Shown one piece after another: positions 36,900 through 51,000 of a stretch of DNA of 64,000 nucleotides. The position numbers and the translations under genes were made by a program. Numbering within the stretch: position 1 is the stretch's first letter; each line of letters starts with the position of its first letter. The DNA comes from Marsupella aquatica. Taxonomy: Eukaryota > Plantae > Marchantiophyta. The stretch lies in NCBI GenBank assembly GCA_973895155.1, contig OZ316895.1:15878816-15942815 (forward strand). Reading direction: 5' to 3'. Under the pieces are notes generated by a model that saw nothing but the letters and a program-made list of their open reading frames with translations, did not search any database and was not told where the DNA came from.

Positions 36900-39800
36900 T
36901 CAATAAAGGAAAAGACCTTTGCTTTCGTGTGGAAGAATCCACTCATATATTTCTGATTTGACCCGGCGATTTATTCTGCGCTTTCCATATTCCTGCACTA
37001 TAGTCCATAGCTCCGAGACGCACCAGTTCTCGTGACGAATCCAATCAACTACCTGCTTGATGCAAGGCATAAAGTTACAGAAGAACATAAGGATAATAAT
37101 TGGAGTCGACCAGCCATTTTTGCTACTTGAAGTTTGTAATGCAAAGTATTACCTGTTGCAGCCTCTGTGAACGGGGGTCTCCAAAACTATAGTAAAGCAA
37201 TGCAGAACATCCAGCCTGTTAAAAAGTAAAGTTCTATTAATCAGTCTGCTCAAACAAACAGAAGCATGAGTCTCACATGGTAACTACGATCTAGTATAGA
37301 GAATAATGATTTGCCAAAGTATGATGCGTAAAAAGTGATTTCTTTGTTTGAAGAACAAAACAAAAGAAAATAAAGCTCTTGACAACAACAAAAAAATCTC
37401 TTGATCGAATTGTCAAGGCTCACAACTTACTTGAGAGGCAGCTAGCCACTGTAAAAGGCTTTTAAGTTGAAGGTTACCCCCAAATGCACCAGCTCCCCAG
37501 TTTCCAGTAGATATACCCTTAAGATTGTGGTGCATGACACAGCTTCCCGTAGATTCAGCTTTCTGGCTCCTATCTTGTCTCGCGTTCTCATCGATGTCCA
37601 TAAATGAGAATGAGTTCTCAGCACTGTCAGCGTCTAGGCTCACTTCATAGTTGGCATCATAATCAGGAACCTGCCATGCAATAAGTCACATCGGGAAAAA
37701 CACAGAATAACTTACTGTACTCAACTCTACTTTCGCTGGTGGAACTCACAAAGCTAGGAGGCAACGCTTTTGCCTGTTGAACCACCATAGATTCAGAGCT
37801 AGAGAAACGTCCCATCTCAAAGCTTTGAACATTGACTAAAGCATTATCACCGTGAGCAGGTGTTCCGATCCAACTTACAGATTCTGGACGGTCCTTAGAA
37901 GCCGAAGGTCCCGACGAGATTTCTCCCTGACCACTAATAATGCTTTCCGTGCTCGCAAGGTCTGGAGCTCCATTATATCCGCACAACGCCGAGTGGTTTA
38001 AGAAACCACAGTATGCTTTATTGAGCTCCCTGCTCACAACCCAAATAAAGAAGGAACTAAGGTTAGCAGAGCTGTCTTGAGGTCCAAAAAATTCAACGGC
38101 TACCCTTGTTTCACAAACCATAGGATAAAATTGAGAGACCTCGATCGACGTCCCTCTCTTGGGACAATCATTGGAGTTTCCACATTACAAATTGTGGCAT
38201 GAAGAACTATCATTCTAAGGCCAGGTACCAAGGTTTAGCTTCCTGAAGACCCGCAAACTGCCTCCATAGGTTCTTAGAAAGCAGTTGTAGCACCGCGTAG
38301 GTCAGATCTGTCATGCAGAACGCTGGATACCTGATCATGAATTCATCCTCGAACTGACTCTCTCCTGGAAGGCATAGAGCATCAATGGCACCTATACATG
38401 TCTTTCTTCGTCCCCAGGAGTCTCTAGGAGTGTTGTCGGGGTGATCACCAGTAAAGCGGAAGCTCTGACCATATCTATAAGCACCAGATACACAACAACA
38501 GCACAGTAGAAGGTCCATATCAGCCTCCAACCATCATTTTCCAGCACAAGCAGAAAAACTCTTCATCACGTCTGCAACGAACAGATATAAAGATTTGCCT
38601 GTGTCAAAAGCTACCATGCACTACAGGTTTTTGAAGCTTTTAAGCAAGTCTAAGGTTTTGTGTTCCGTATTCAATTCAGATTCCCTAAAAATGTGCTTGG
38701 AGTCCAGTTAAAAAACACACCTCACGCAACTCACTCAAGATCCTCCTTGGGACAAGCATTCTTGCCTTGAAAATGGATATTACTTACTGACACTGAAGCA
38801 GGACAACTATTGCGCTCATCCATCAAGAAAACTCCGGCTGCGATACAAGCTACAGCACTACTTACCCTGTATATTCCGAATAAGTCTCCACACCAACTAT
38901 CTCTATGGACTCATTGTCGGTCATAGTTGGCAAGAACAGCATTCCAGCTATACATTCAGGACTGATCATGAAGCGAATTTCCTCCTGCAAACAGGGAAAA
39001 ATCATTCGATACTATCGTTATTGTCCAGATGGGCCCAAACATCGTACCAACACACATTGCATCCACGTATGTGAACGGATAAAGGAATGAGCTTAAGAAG
39101 GAATCAAATCAAAGGGCGCAGGAGGTTTTAAGAGCTAATCAACCGAAATGAACTTAAAATTTTCTGTATTTATTGGACGACGTGCACACATACGCAAACT
39201 TTGCCTATAACATTCTTGTGCAACAGAATTAGGACTGTCTTACTGAACAGTTTCTCCCCAAACCCAACTTAACAAGATTATAATTGGTGATTAGGATGTA
39301 GGGTTTGCAGACGAGGGCCAAGAAGCATCAACCATTGCTTGAGACAAATTGACGTACTTGTACACATCCCGAATGAAGGGCACCACCTCCAAGTTGCTCA
39401 TTAGCAAAATCAACCTGTAAATAGTCCGGCCCAGCATCTGCTATTGATCCATCATTAAGTACCTGCAAAGGCTTATCCATATTAATTAAGGAATCATATC
39501 ATTCAATCAGTGCATTGATGCGAGTATACAAAGCGAGAGTGACTTTGTTCGACGAATCCTATCATCAGCCAAAAACTCCTAAACAGACAACATGTTTCAT
39601 GGAGGGTCGAACTCCGGATTTCAGTTCCTATTGCAAGTGACACCAACTGGGTTTCGTATACTTTATCTAATTTAGTCTGTCAGCTACGCAAGCAGTACTA
39701 TTTCCAAATTCAAACACTATTATTCAAAGAAGCTAAAAGATTTAGAAAGCTATTCAAAGACGCTAAGACTTTACAGCTCATCGAATGCCTGTCGTTCTGT

Positions 39801-42522
39801 CTCACTTCAGTGGTGACATAGCACATCATTCTAGCAGATTTCTGACCGTCTGCACTAAATTGCCTGCATAATCTACTTCCTGAAAACGTCTATCCCATTT
39901 AAAGATTACACACTTTCTTCCTTACTTTCATTTCACACAGAGGTTTCTTGGTGTTACTCCAAAAGCTACCATTTGGCGGTAAAGGCAAAACCTTCCGTTC
40001 AAATGACACCGTTCCTGCTGGCATACTTTTACCCACTCTTTTGAAGTAATGTACAAGGCATAGTAATTTTTGTACGTTGCTTGATTTTGCAAATCCCCTG
40101 CACATGCACTAGTTTCGTAAACCCGACGACAACTCAAGAAGAAATCATTGATATACTAAACACGAATCTGGACAAATCTCCTAAGATTTCATTTCATTGT
40201 AATGAGAGATATGAAACAGAAACCAGGCAGTTTGCGACCGTTCGATATCCAAAATACAAACTGATGCTGTAACATACTCTGTAATCTCCTACAGATGTTG
40301 AGAATAGTCTACATTCAATCAGTTCATTTATGACGAAGACAGAGCTACATACAATTAACATTTTGACGGAGAAATGGCAACTATCCCCAAGAGACCGCAA
40401 CTCAGAACTTGGAGGAAAGTGACTCACAAATAAAGGCCATCAAAGTTGATGTTGGTAAGGCCAAGCTTTCGCTGTTCTCGTGGATGGGGGTATAAACATA
40501 AGAATGCACATGCTAGGAGGGCTGCAATCAAGTGCTGACGACCAGTCCAAAATGCATGCTGTTAGGTTTTGGAGAAACGTGCGTATGATCAGATGACAAG
40601 TCTTGTGTTCTAATTACAACCTAAACAGTCGGAAAATGCATGCCATAAACCCACAAAGCATTCACTATCTCAAAAACTATAATGGCAGCCAAAGGGCCAC
40701 GAGTGTTTTACCGGACTTCCTGGAACGTGATGCCGCTAAGAGTTTCTTATGATCCTAATAACAGTATTCAGAAAAAAAACTCACTTGATTCAGGAGCACT
40801 ACTCCTGATTTTTGAGGTGACAGAATACGCAGTATCATTGATGTAGTCATCCCATCAGGCAAGCTTTTTATTTCCCTTTCATGATGCCCCAGCAGATCTG
40901 GTAGTTCAAGGGCAAGCTTTGCAATATGTGGAAGTGTAAAATTAAAAAACTCTGGTGCGTCTTCCATCTGCCACAGAAAGAAATGACGTGGCAGCATGCT
41001 TGAGTATGTTTAGCTCATCTTGCAGTCAAACAGGTCGAAACCATGAAAACAGAATATTAAGAATTAGATGGCTATTTGAGCTACACAGATTACTTTACTG
41101 GACATTCCAAGTGGAATACAAAAGGTTCTTAGCCAATTTCTAATCTTGAACAATTTGAGCCCAAGAGAGTGAGATCGAGGCCATTGATTTTCTTCATGCC
41201 TTCGTCATGGCAGCTGCACCATCAATGTCAGGGAAATTTACGATCCAACTCGGTTTTCATTCTTTCCAACCACTCTAAGCGTCAAACCAAACTAGAACAG
41301 TTACTGACGACAATAAGGATTTAAGTATCACCCTCATCAATAATGTTTCAAGGCATTCAAACCATCACAGCAAACCAATACAAGTATAGATGACTACTTA
41401 AGTATTACACTCTGTTACAGATGTCCATAACATTAAAACCATCAAGACACTCCTGGCCAGATTCAGTCTCAAGTTTACTCGACTTTTATTTCTCTTGATC
41501 ATCAAATGGGCCAACATCGAGCTGCGAATGATTGATGCTTAGAAGGGAGACCAGGACGAGAACAATTTGAAGTAGAGAATAAGGGCTCAAACGTGGAGAG
41601 AGTAGAGAATGCAGTAGGAAACTCTTGTCTACGATGTCAAGTGGAGTTGAGCTTTGGAATAGGAGCTTGCTCGTATCTTACCAAGAACGTATTTTGTGCA
41701 TGCTTAGTATTCCCAAGTACTTCACTTTACTCAGGCCAAAGTCCAGAACGGCTGATTTGCCTTCCACCCTAACAGTTGGCGGAGGCAAGAAACCTCGACA
41801 GCTCATCCAGTATCCTGAATTTTATATCAGCATCCTAGTGGATAAGACAGGTCTGCCCGTACTCTAGAGTAAGTACCTCTGCAAATGATAAAAGTATTCC
41901 CTCCACCAGAGAGGAATTGAAGCATGCAAATCCAGGATTCAAAGAAATCATTAGGGTATTCTGTCTCCTTCCCCATGGCTGCTTGTGTGATTGTGAAGCG
42001 ATGAATCTGTGAAACTAAGGGGGATTACAAAAGAGAATAAAATGTTCTGAATAGATTATTTTTGGGCCGTAGGTCGCCAAGTCATTCATATTTATTTGAA
42101 AGGCGTGTTGGTAAGCTTCAAGAGCATGAGAGTACTCGACTAACGTAGTGTAGAACCACTCATTCCCACACGGGTTCTTTGATGCGGATCTACTTAAATT
42201 AAAAAGGTATGACGACTATGGCCTTCAGCCTTGAGGGGCGACGAGAACGGAGCAAATTTAGAAAGGTCAGTGTGGATACCTCATCACAGAGACGTTGAAG
42301 ACCAACAGCAACTTGCGGCGCAAGTGGCTTCAAGTCACCATTCTCGTTACGAATGTCCTCAATGAAGTCGTACAACGCCATAGGACTGTTCACCATACTC
42401 GTGTCTGGACCCCTTACAACACTCTTCAACGCATGAACTGCAGAGCTCATCCATCGCAAGGAGCCTTCAAATCCGTGGAGCGGCAAATATGGAGCGATCG
42501 AAGAGAAACTTCCGGCAGACAT
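36900..42522 (-). CDS. PARG: Poly(ADP-ribose) glycohydrolase, 11 exons, about 602 aa
   Basis: Exons 42522-42280, 40967-40785, 40534-40428, 40097-39926, 39462-39358, 38984-38866, 38474-38331, 38029-37750, 37670-37431, 37215-37153 and 37052-36900 (1809 nt). Motifs: [21 protein letters not shown]|[10 protein letters not shown] (GGG-X-QEE catalytic signature), [20 protein letters not shown] and [12 protein letters not shown]. The exon 8 donor and the 3' end are less certain. Confidence 0.93.
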
Positions 42523-44086
42523 GCTTTCTGGTCTCCAGCTCCAGCGCCACTCTAGGCGCAATTTTCCTTCTTAACAGCGATGTTTCCTCTCCTGACGCAT
42601 CGTACGGTACGTCATTGTCACCGACTCTGTCCAAAATCCTCTTTGCTGGTTAGAAAATGTGAAGTGAAATTTCGCAGATATACGATCGCGGAGACAAATT
42701 CGGAGAGTCCACAGAAGGTCAACTCGTGACCACGAGAGATTGAATTTTTGAAATAGATTGAAGAAGCCGCTGATCTGTTTCTGTTCACTAGCCCGAGGTT
42801 TCCACTTTCCACAACGACATTGTAGAGAGAATCTCGAACTCAGCAAACTACCTTGTCTCATACCTAGATTCAATCCGGAAGCTGAAATTGGCTCGCATAT
42901 GACCTTCCTTGTCTCACCAGCTCTCCATTACTGGCACAAGGAATGAATTTTATAAGCGTCCATCGAAGCCTCTGTCCTATTCATCCTAAACCCCACTGCT
43001 TTCACCTACCCTTGAGTCATAAACTTCTCGCACAATGACTACAATGTCCATCACAATATAACGCGAGACCCAGCTGGTGAAAGCGTCTGCTTCAGCGTCA
43101 ATTCGCGGCCTCGATCTGTTTTCGCGGCACTCTTTCTTATCATAGAACAAACTCTCGAACCCAGCCTGCGCGGTATTTAATACTTAGAAAATCACTTAAT
43201 GTCTTTTAATCTCGCGCCAAATTCCTCCCTTTCCACTCGCTCTGTCTCAAGTGATCTGGAATCCTTCTCTGAGCATATCGTTGTTATCTACTGTTCGGGT
43301 GGTTCCTAAGCGAAGCATTGTCAGGCATCGAATACAAACAAATCTTACATTGATATTCCACCATATGCCCAGAAGATAAATGCAACGATCCCGAAATTGA
43401 CTTGCCCCTTCATTATTTTTGCAAGCGAAAATGATTGAATCTCTCCGCGGGCCAGTTGTAGAATCCCATGCTCAGGAAACAATCCAACCATTTTGACTAC
43501 AAATCTACAAAATAATGGAGCAGAAACAGACAGCCAACCTAAGCTCTTGTTATTTCCACAGACCACAGACAGATTTCTAGTGAAGTATGCTATAGGACGG
43601 AAATAGAAGGATAAAGCGATAAATCCTCAACGCCTACAAATAAGCTCTACACTTCTGCGCAAGTAAGAAATGCAGAGATGCTAGTGACAGGAAATGTCCG
43701 CAAACCTTTAGATTCATGCTCGACCTCGCAATCAGAGACAATTTCTTTTCAGGTAGTTCATGAGAAAAGAGCTCGAGTTTATGCCAACTTAGTCCTGTAC
43801 AGTACAGGCTTTGTGAGGGTCTGCTGACAATACCTGAGGAGCCAGACGGACGACTGCCCTCCGAAGAGCACGTTGCTTAAGTAACTCCGTCGCGACGAAC
43901 TGTACAATCCACTGTGTAGCCATGTGGCTACACCATGAAACTGACATGGCTACACCATCAAACTGACAGCAACGACCGACCTCGAGTTTTTTCAAGACAA
44001 CTTACAAAGAGTATGAGCGGGTTTCATGATCTTAAGTAGTCACCCCCGAACACACCCAACGGTAGACCGTAGACGTACCTTTACCA

Positions 44087-44314
44087 TGACTGTGATCCAA
44101 TTCCCCATTACTCTCTTCGAATCGACTTTAAGCTACATGATTGTGTCCGAATGAATGGACCTTTGACTGTGATACAATTCCCCATCAGTGTCTTCGAATC
44201 GACGGTAAGCTACATGATTGTGTCCGAATGAATGGACCTTTGACTGTGATACAATTCCCCTTTTACTGTCGTCGAATTTACGGCAAGCTACATGATTGTG
44301 TCGGAACGAATGGA
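44087..44314. repeat. Tandem repeat, 77-bp unit x3
   Basis: TGACTGTGATACAATTCCCC...AAGCTACATGATTGTGTCCGAATGAATGGACCTT starting at 44087, 44164 and 44241. Confidence 0.9.
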
Positions 44315-45315
44315 GCTTATATACAGTGAGGGACTGTGAGAGAGTGAGAGGGTAACGGACGGGGTCATCGGAGTGGCAGCGTTGATGCCGTTTGGCCCGA
44401 AATTGCCGGGTCGTGCTCCAGCTGGCGATTGAGTAGCAGGCGACAGTCATGGAACATGCCCGCCATTTCATCGGCACTTTCCCGGCTACATTTGCCGACA
44501 TGGCGTCTTTTATCCGCAGCCACACTGCGTTGACCGGCGACTGGGTCCTTGTGTTGTTTTTTTCTCTGATAATGTCGCCGGTCAGTTCGTTAGGAATGAT
44601 GAATTGATGAAGGCGGACAGGGTAATGTTTGGAGATATATCTTTAGTAGACCCCCTTCTGGAAAAAGTTTGATCAATCAACCCCCTCCATACTTTTCCCT
44701 AATCTGGATCGTTGATGAACCTTTCTATGTCAGATCTGGACTGTTGATAGACCTCAAGGGGTCGATCAAGTAACAAGTTTTATTTTGGGGGTTGATCAAG
44801 CTTTCTGGTTTATTAGTCACAATGACCAGTGTTAGAAGCTGAAGGTAGGTTTGACATTGCTACTTCAATGAATATAGTAGGGGTGCCAAAAGGCAAAAAT
44901 GTCAAACCTGGATACATGGTCCCAATAGCAACGCAGCCCAATAAAGGGGGGCACCTACTAGAATTGGAGAATTGGGCTGCTTTGCCATTGGGTGATTTTG
45001 GTTATAATTTAATTTCCTTCATGGATTATTGCTGGTGGACAGTTGCTCAGTTTGAAAAACTTAACAGGGCCCCTAGCTCAGGAAAATTGATTCCAAACAG
45101 TATAGTTGATGGACTGACTTAGATAATTGTACAATCATGTCACAATTAAAAAATGGAGAAACTAATATGACAGGTCCTGAGAAAGGGTTACAGGGACAAG
45201 GGGCCCTGTTAAGTATATTTGAAAAGTTAGGGGCTGGTCAGGAATATCTTTCGCTAAAGGGGCCCCATCAAGTATTTTGCTGTTAGATTGGGTGTGCACT
45301 CACTTTTGAGGTAGT

Positions 45316-45615
45316 GGTTTAGTTGTTTAGGTATGCTTTGGTCGGGATGGGTGTATTGTCTCCTTGGACCTGTTGTTACTGGTTTTTACCCTGTCCCTCT
45401 TGGCTGAATGAGTTCGGTTTAGTTGTTTAGGTGTGCTTTGGTCGGGATGGATGTATTGTCTCCTTGGACCTGTAGTTACTGGTTTTCACCCTGTCCCTCT
45501 TGGCTGAATGAGTTCGGTCTTTGAGCTCGTCTTTGAGTGGGTTGTGGCCTTTGATCTGTTCTTTATTGGGTTTTACTTTTAATTGAAGTAAAGTGCTCTG
45601 TTCAATATTAAAAAG
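45316..45615 (+). repeat. 100-bp tandem duplication (45321/45421) followed by a T-rich tract and A-rich end; possible 5'-truncated non-LTR retroelement 3' end
   Basis: AGTTGTTTAGGT(A/G)TGCTTTGGTCGGGATGG...GGCTGAATGAGTTCGGT occurs twice, exactly 100 bp apart. The retroelement interpretation is inference. Confidence 0.7.
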
Positions 45616-46147
45616 GGAGGAGGGGGGCGTGGGGCAAAGGAAGGGGAAGAGGCCTTAATCAACTTATTTTTTAGATGCTAAATTTCTTGCCAGATTCCAT
45701 CTCCCCAAAAGGATTGTTAGTTGTTGTATTCGATCCGCCAGTTTCCCACCTAGTGATAGACCCAATATTCCAGATTTGAACGGGCATCCATAAATCTAGG
45801 GGGATCTCAGTCAAGAAATAATTCAGAAAAAAACAAGTAGTGCATATCTCTAGCATTGTCTCATCATAGAGGCCGGCATTCAGTATAGTGGCAAAAAAAT
45901 ATAAAAATGTGTTACAAATGAGCTGGTCTCAATACTCTGCTATATCAAACTCCTGTAAAAGCTAAGGCTCAACCCTTAACTAATAACTTTGACAAATTTC
46001 TAGTAACTTTAGCTAGGGCCAAATACAAAAAGTTATAATTGAAAACATATGGGCTTTGTGCTCGACCTGATGATGGCTACTGCAAATGAGGTGGCAGTTG
46101 AGGAAGGAAAATGGAAATATGCTATGAGAGTAAGGTGAGGCTCTTGC

Positions 46148-46491
46148 TGTTAGATATTGCTCTAGTCTTGTGACTCATGAGCTAACCACAGTTAATCTAA
46201 CTCAGGTTAGGACTTAGCTAATGTTAGCGGTAGTGCTGTTGTGTATATAGTCAGGGCTAATGCCAGACCCTGGTGGAACTTAGGCTCATTGTTATGGAGC
46301 TAGTTGAGAGATAGGGAGAGCTTGTGCTGTGGATGCTTGGTATGGCCGGTCGGCCTAGAGTGCAGTAAAGCTCTTGTGTGTTCCCGTGGACGTAGTCTCA
46401 TGTGGAGGTGAACCACGTATCTCTCTGTGTTAACTCTTGTGCATTGGATGGTTCATGGGCTTGCCGTTACGAATGTCGTCTATGCTCAACA
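46148..46491 (+). mobile_element. Solo LTR (344 bp), copia-like
   Basis: TGTT...AACA termini with a perfect 5-bp TSD CTTGC (46143-46147 and 46492-46496). Internal TATATA box at about 46245 and a CCCGTGGACGTAG...GAACCACGTA motif typical of plant copia LTRs. Confidence 0.88.
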
Positions 46492-47789
46492 CTTGCCTTA
46501 TGGAACGGGTCAGTGCTATCTCCCCCCATTTTTTAATTGGGTCTCATAATTAGAGTTGCAGTATTGGACCATAAATCCAGAACTTTCAGCCATGGCCCAA
46601 CTTTGAGACATTCTAGTGAATAAATTTCTGATGTCACTCCACTATTGGAACCTTAGAGCATTCCCATCAGTTACACTAGCTCTGACTCAGTGTCAAGGCA
46701 TATGGCGAGGGCAGGGCAAGGGCCAAATACTTGTTGGTGAGCTTTACCCTGGATGCAATCCAGGTCTAAACTGCAAACTTGAAGCATGCAAGAAGAGCAC
46801 ACAGCAAAAGTTGCACTTCACTATGTCTACGGCTGTCCATGCATGTTATGACTGTTGCATTGTAACCATCTCCTGACATTGGGAAGGGACATTGGAAGGA
46901 GGTTATTTACGATAGGCTTTGCCACTTAATTTTAATGTGCTTAAAACAATTTTGTACGGCCGGGAGGATTGGTCTGAACTTGGCGCAGAGTGGTGTGGAT
47001 AATAAAATGGCAATAGCAAGCCAGTGTCATGCAACTCATCAGTGCCCTGGCTTTTTGTAGGGCCAGTGCAAATGCTCTCAGAATGTCATGATATGAAATA
47101 TATGTAAGAGGATATATACAGAATGTAAATGTCAACATTTTATTCTTGTTCACCGTTCTTACAATAGACCTATAAAGGTGGTGAATGTTTTAGTGCAAAC
47201 TTTACATAAAGCTTTCAAAACATAACCTATCAGCAAATGTGCTGAACCATGAGTGACCGATGACTCTTTCTCTCAACAAAAAGTAGTAGTCCAAGACAAA
47301 AGTAGCAACAAAATTTGAATGAAAACTTTTTTGACAAGCAAATTGATGTAAACAACAATTCATAATAAGCAATAACACATACAAAAGTCACTGGTTATAG
47401 ATAAGCCCGTAGATAGGTATAATGCCAATGTGATATGTAAATGTAAAACATTAGATAAAATTTCAAACTTTTTATTTACGAACTCCCATGACGGAAAGTT
47501 CTTAACAAAATCCTTGGCACAATGTGTACCCACATCAGCACATTCAATCAAAAACAGGACTGATGATGTTTTCAACAAGAAACTGGTCAATCACGTCTAA
47601 TGCAAACCCGAATGCAAGCCAAGGAAACATAGTTAATACCAGTAACTATAAAAGGCTGAAAAAATTGAAAAGTAAAATTTATTATGTTGACACATAATGG
47701 CAGGGGTAAATCAAAAGAACTGATTGCTGAGAGGCCTCATCCCAAACAAGGGGGGGGGGGGGGGGGGTCCCATATCACACACCACATTT

Positions 47790-49340
47790 TGGGGTCAGAA
47801 CAAACACCTTAAAAATTAGAAAAACATTTCTTTATTGTATTTTTCTACCCCAATTTTTTTGGAATATTCCTAGATTTATAGGGTTTTAATTGTTTTAAAA
47901 TTTAGTCAATTTAAATTTATAGGGGTTTTAAAAAACTAAATCTAGAAAATTCCAAAAGTTTTGGGGTAGGAAAACACAATGAAGACAAATTTGGTAAGTT
48001 TTGGAATATCCCTAGATTTATAGGGGTTTTTAAAAATTAGTACATGAACCTCTTAGTACTTGACTAAATTTGTCAGTGTTATATTTATTTAAAGTCAATG
48101 TAACTTTTGTTATACTGATTAAAAATTTTAACTTCATTATTAGTTTCATTTGTCTTGGGAGTTATGCTTCACTCTAAACCTAGGCCTCGGTTGGCGCTTT
48201 TATGGATTGAATGTGCCAAGGTTATGTTCATTGAAAAACTATGTGAAATTGATGTTTTTTGCAAATGTAAGGCTCATTAGAAAACTAAAAATATATATTA
48301 ATAATTTTTAAAATCACACGTTCTTCTTAATACTTGACAAAAGCTACCAATGATGTAAGGTGCACGGGAAAGCTAAATATTTTTGGAAACTCATTATTTT
48401 CTTAGTGCTTGACCAAATATGTTAGTTTTAGAACTCATGATTTTTTATATTACTTGACAAGATCTGGCAATGTTAGGCTCATTGGAACTCTTGTCTAAAA
48501 CATTTCAAATGTTTAATTCGTTGAGAGATCTCACATTACTTGACAAGATCTTAGGCTCATTGGAAAACTGTCTAAAACTGTTCTAAAGTTTAATTCATTG
48601 GTAGATCTCATATTACTTACAAGATCTGGGAATTTTAGGGTCATTGGAAAAATCTGTCTAAAGCATTTCTAAATGTTTAATTCATTGAGAGATGAATGAG
48701 AAATTGGAATTAGGTTTTAGTCCAGGACATAACTAGACAGGACATAACTAGACATCCAGAAATTTGTGAGCTCTTTAATATTGAATGAAGATTTTCTTTA
48801 AATAGAGGTCACGAATGAAAAACCTTTTCAATGATCCTAAGAGTCAAATGGTTCCAAGAATTCAAAGCATGACATGTTTCATCAAGAGATTAGGCACCAT
48901 CTGGAATTGGGTTTTGTTGGCGCTACACCTAGGCATGGTAGAATAATCTAGAAAATCATGATCTCTTGGTACTCGATGACAGACTTATTGAAAAGCTCTT
49001 TGAGTCATTGGAAATGGTTGAGGGATATTCAAACTTTCAAGCTAACTATTGTAAAATGTTGAGAGAAATGGGGAGAAATAAACTGGTGATGGCGCGCGAT
49101 GGGAAGCTTGGGTTGGATTTATAGTGACTTGGACAATATGATTTGGACACAACTAGGAGATAAAATAATCAAGGGCAACAAAGCTTGGGTTGAATTTATA
49201 GTGAGTAAATAATTTAGACACACCTATGAGATAAATAATGAAATGCAACAGTCAAGCTTGGGTTGGATTTATAAAGTGAGCCAATGTTTTGGACACGACT
49301 ATGAGATAAACAGTGAAGGGAACCAACCTTGGGTTCATTC
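47790..49340. repeat. AT-rich repeat block with degenerate internal tandem units (probable non-autonomous transposon relic)
   Basis: GGAATAT(T/C)CCTAGATTTATAGGG repeats (47861, 48003); TTACTTGACAAGATCT...TTAGGCTCATTGGAA units (about 48330-48700); AAGCTTGGGTTGGATTTATA...TTGGACAC units of about 75 bp (49100-49340). Confidence 0.65.
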
Positions 49341-50212
49341 CATTCAATTGATTTGCACTCTCGATCGTTAGCAAGATGTTTTAAGGGGGGTCTGCTTTGA
49401 CTCAACAGGCTTCTACCTGATATTGAGATCCCGAGCGCGTTGTAGCTTCCAGACAATGTCATTTCATAGGTACCACACCTGATCATATAGCCTTGTTCAT
49501 CGCTGTATACATCACAGCAGCGCTGAGCCCCATTTTGTCTGTTCTTGTTAAAATATCACATATGTCTAAAAGTTTGCTCGTCAAGAAAACTGTAGACCGC
49601 AAGTGTCTCGCAATGGTCCATCACGGCAGGGTGACCGAACTCTACCGCTGCAAGTTTCGAATTTCCGGCAAGACTCTCCGAACTCTAATTGCCCGACTTC
49701 AATGCCTCATACTGCACTCGAATTTGATTACGTACATTCAAGTAAAGAACATTCAAGGTTGTGCCGGGAGTGGAAGACAGATCTTAACGAGCTAATTACC
49801 TGCTGAAACTGTGAATAGGAGGTGCAAAATAGGTACTATGTGATTTTATTGGTACAAGCGAATCATGGTTACACTGAGTATTTTCATGAACTTATCCAAG
49901 TGCAAGTTCTTGCTTTGATTATGTTGTTCCATAGATATTTTCAGGGCGTGGTACAAAGCACTTATTCAAGAAGTGCACTAAACATTATCCAAAATTGCAA
50001 CCCGTGTAGTTTGTGCAGTTAATATGCATTACTACATGTCGATGGACGACAGATAACAGTACATGTTCTCACTTGTGAATTGCTTTGATTGGAGCAAACA
50101 TTACTTGTGAAGGATACTCTACAATGAGATTAGATCAAAATGCTGCTGAGCTCCCATTTCCCATGATGTATGTACAAGCTGAAATTGTACCTGATCGTGA
50201 ATCCCGTCGTTT

Positions 50213-50490
50213 AGACTGTACAGAATGAAGTCGGGCTCCAGCACTTCAAGCATCCGAACCGTACTGAAGCCAAATCTGATTTAGATTAAAGTTGTCCTCG
50301 ATCTCCATGCCTCCCTAATCGCCATAGGGTAGCATACCTGCTCTTCCATCAGCAGACTGTATAAAATGAAGTCGGGCTCCAGCACTTCAAGAATCTGAAC
50401 TGTCCTGAAGCTAAAATTCATTTACATGAAAGTTATCTTCGCCATGCCTCCCTAATCGCCATAGGGTAGCATACCTGCTCTTCCATCAGC
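50213..50490. repeat. Tandem duplication, about 141-bp unit x2
   Basis: AGACTGTA...ATGAAGTCGGGCTCCAGCACTTCAAG...CCATGCCTCCCTAATCGCCATAGGGTAGCATACCTGCTCTTCCATCAGC at 50213 and 50354. Confidence 0.9.
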
Positions 50491-51000
50491 TGTCTTGGCT
50501 GCAATGGAAAAGTTCGCATGCCCAAGTACTGTACAAGCGTGCCTTGTTAATTCATGTGCGCAAATACATGCATTCCGAGAAAGTGCATGTGGCAGGAAAG
50601 AGCAGCAAATCCATAGAGTAAAGTGCTGGTCCCTAAATTGCATCCCAGCTGCCTAGCAAACCAAAACCCAGATCTCAAACCGCGCTTCTCCCGGGTGACC
50701 TGCAAACCGTTGGCACATAATTGCATCCCGGTTGTCGCCCTAACGGCAAACCAAATTACAAGCCTCGCCCCATGTGATCTTCCTACTAATGGTCCAAGGA
50801 TTGCCAAGTAGCGACCAAAAGCGCCCAGTTGGCAAACCAATGGAAACCGAGCCTGTTACGTTCAAATACTGTGAGTGTGCCTTATGTTGGACATGTGCAA
50901 GTCTATACAGGCGTACGTTAAAAGAAATTGTCTGTCGCATGAAGGATTTACTAGATCGATGGGTTCTTCCAGGCAGGTAATCTTCAGACAGTGGCCAAAA

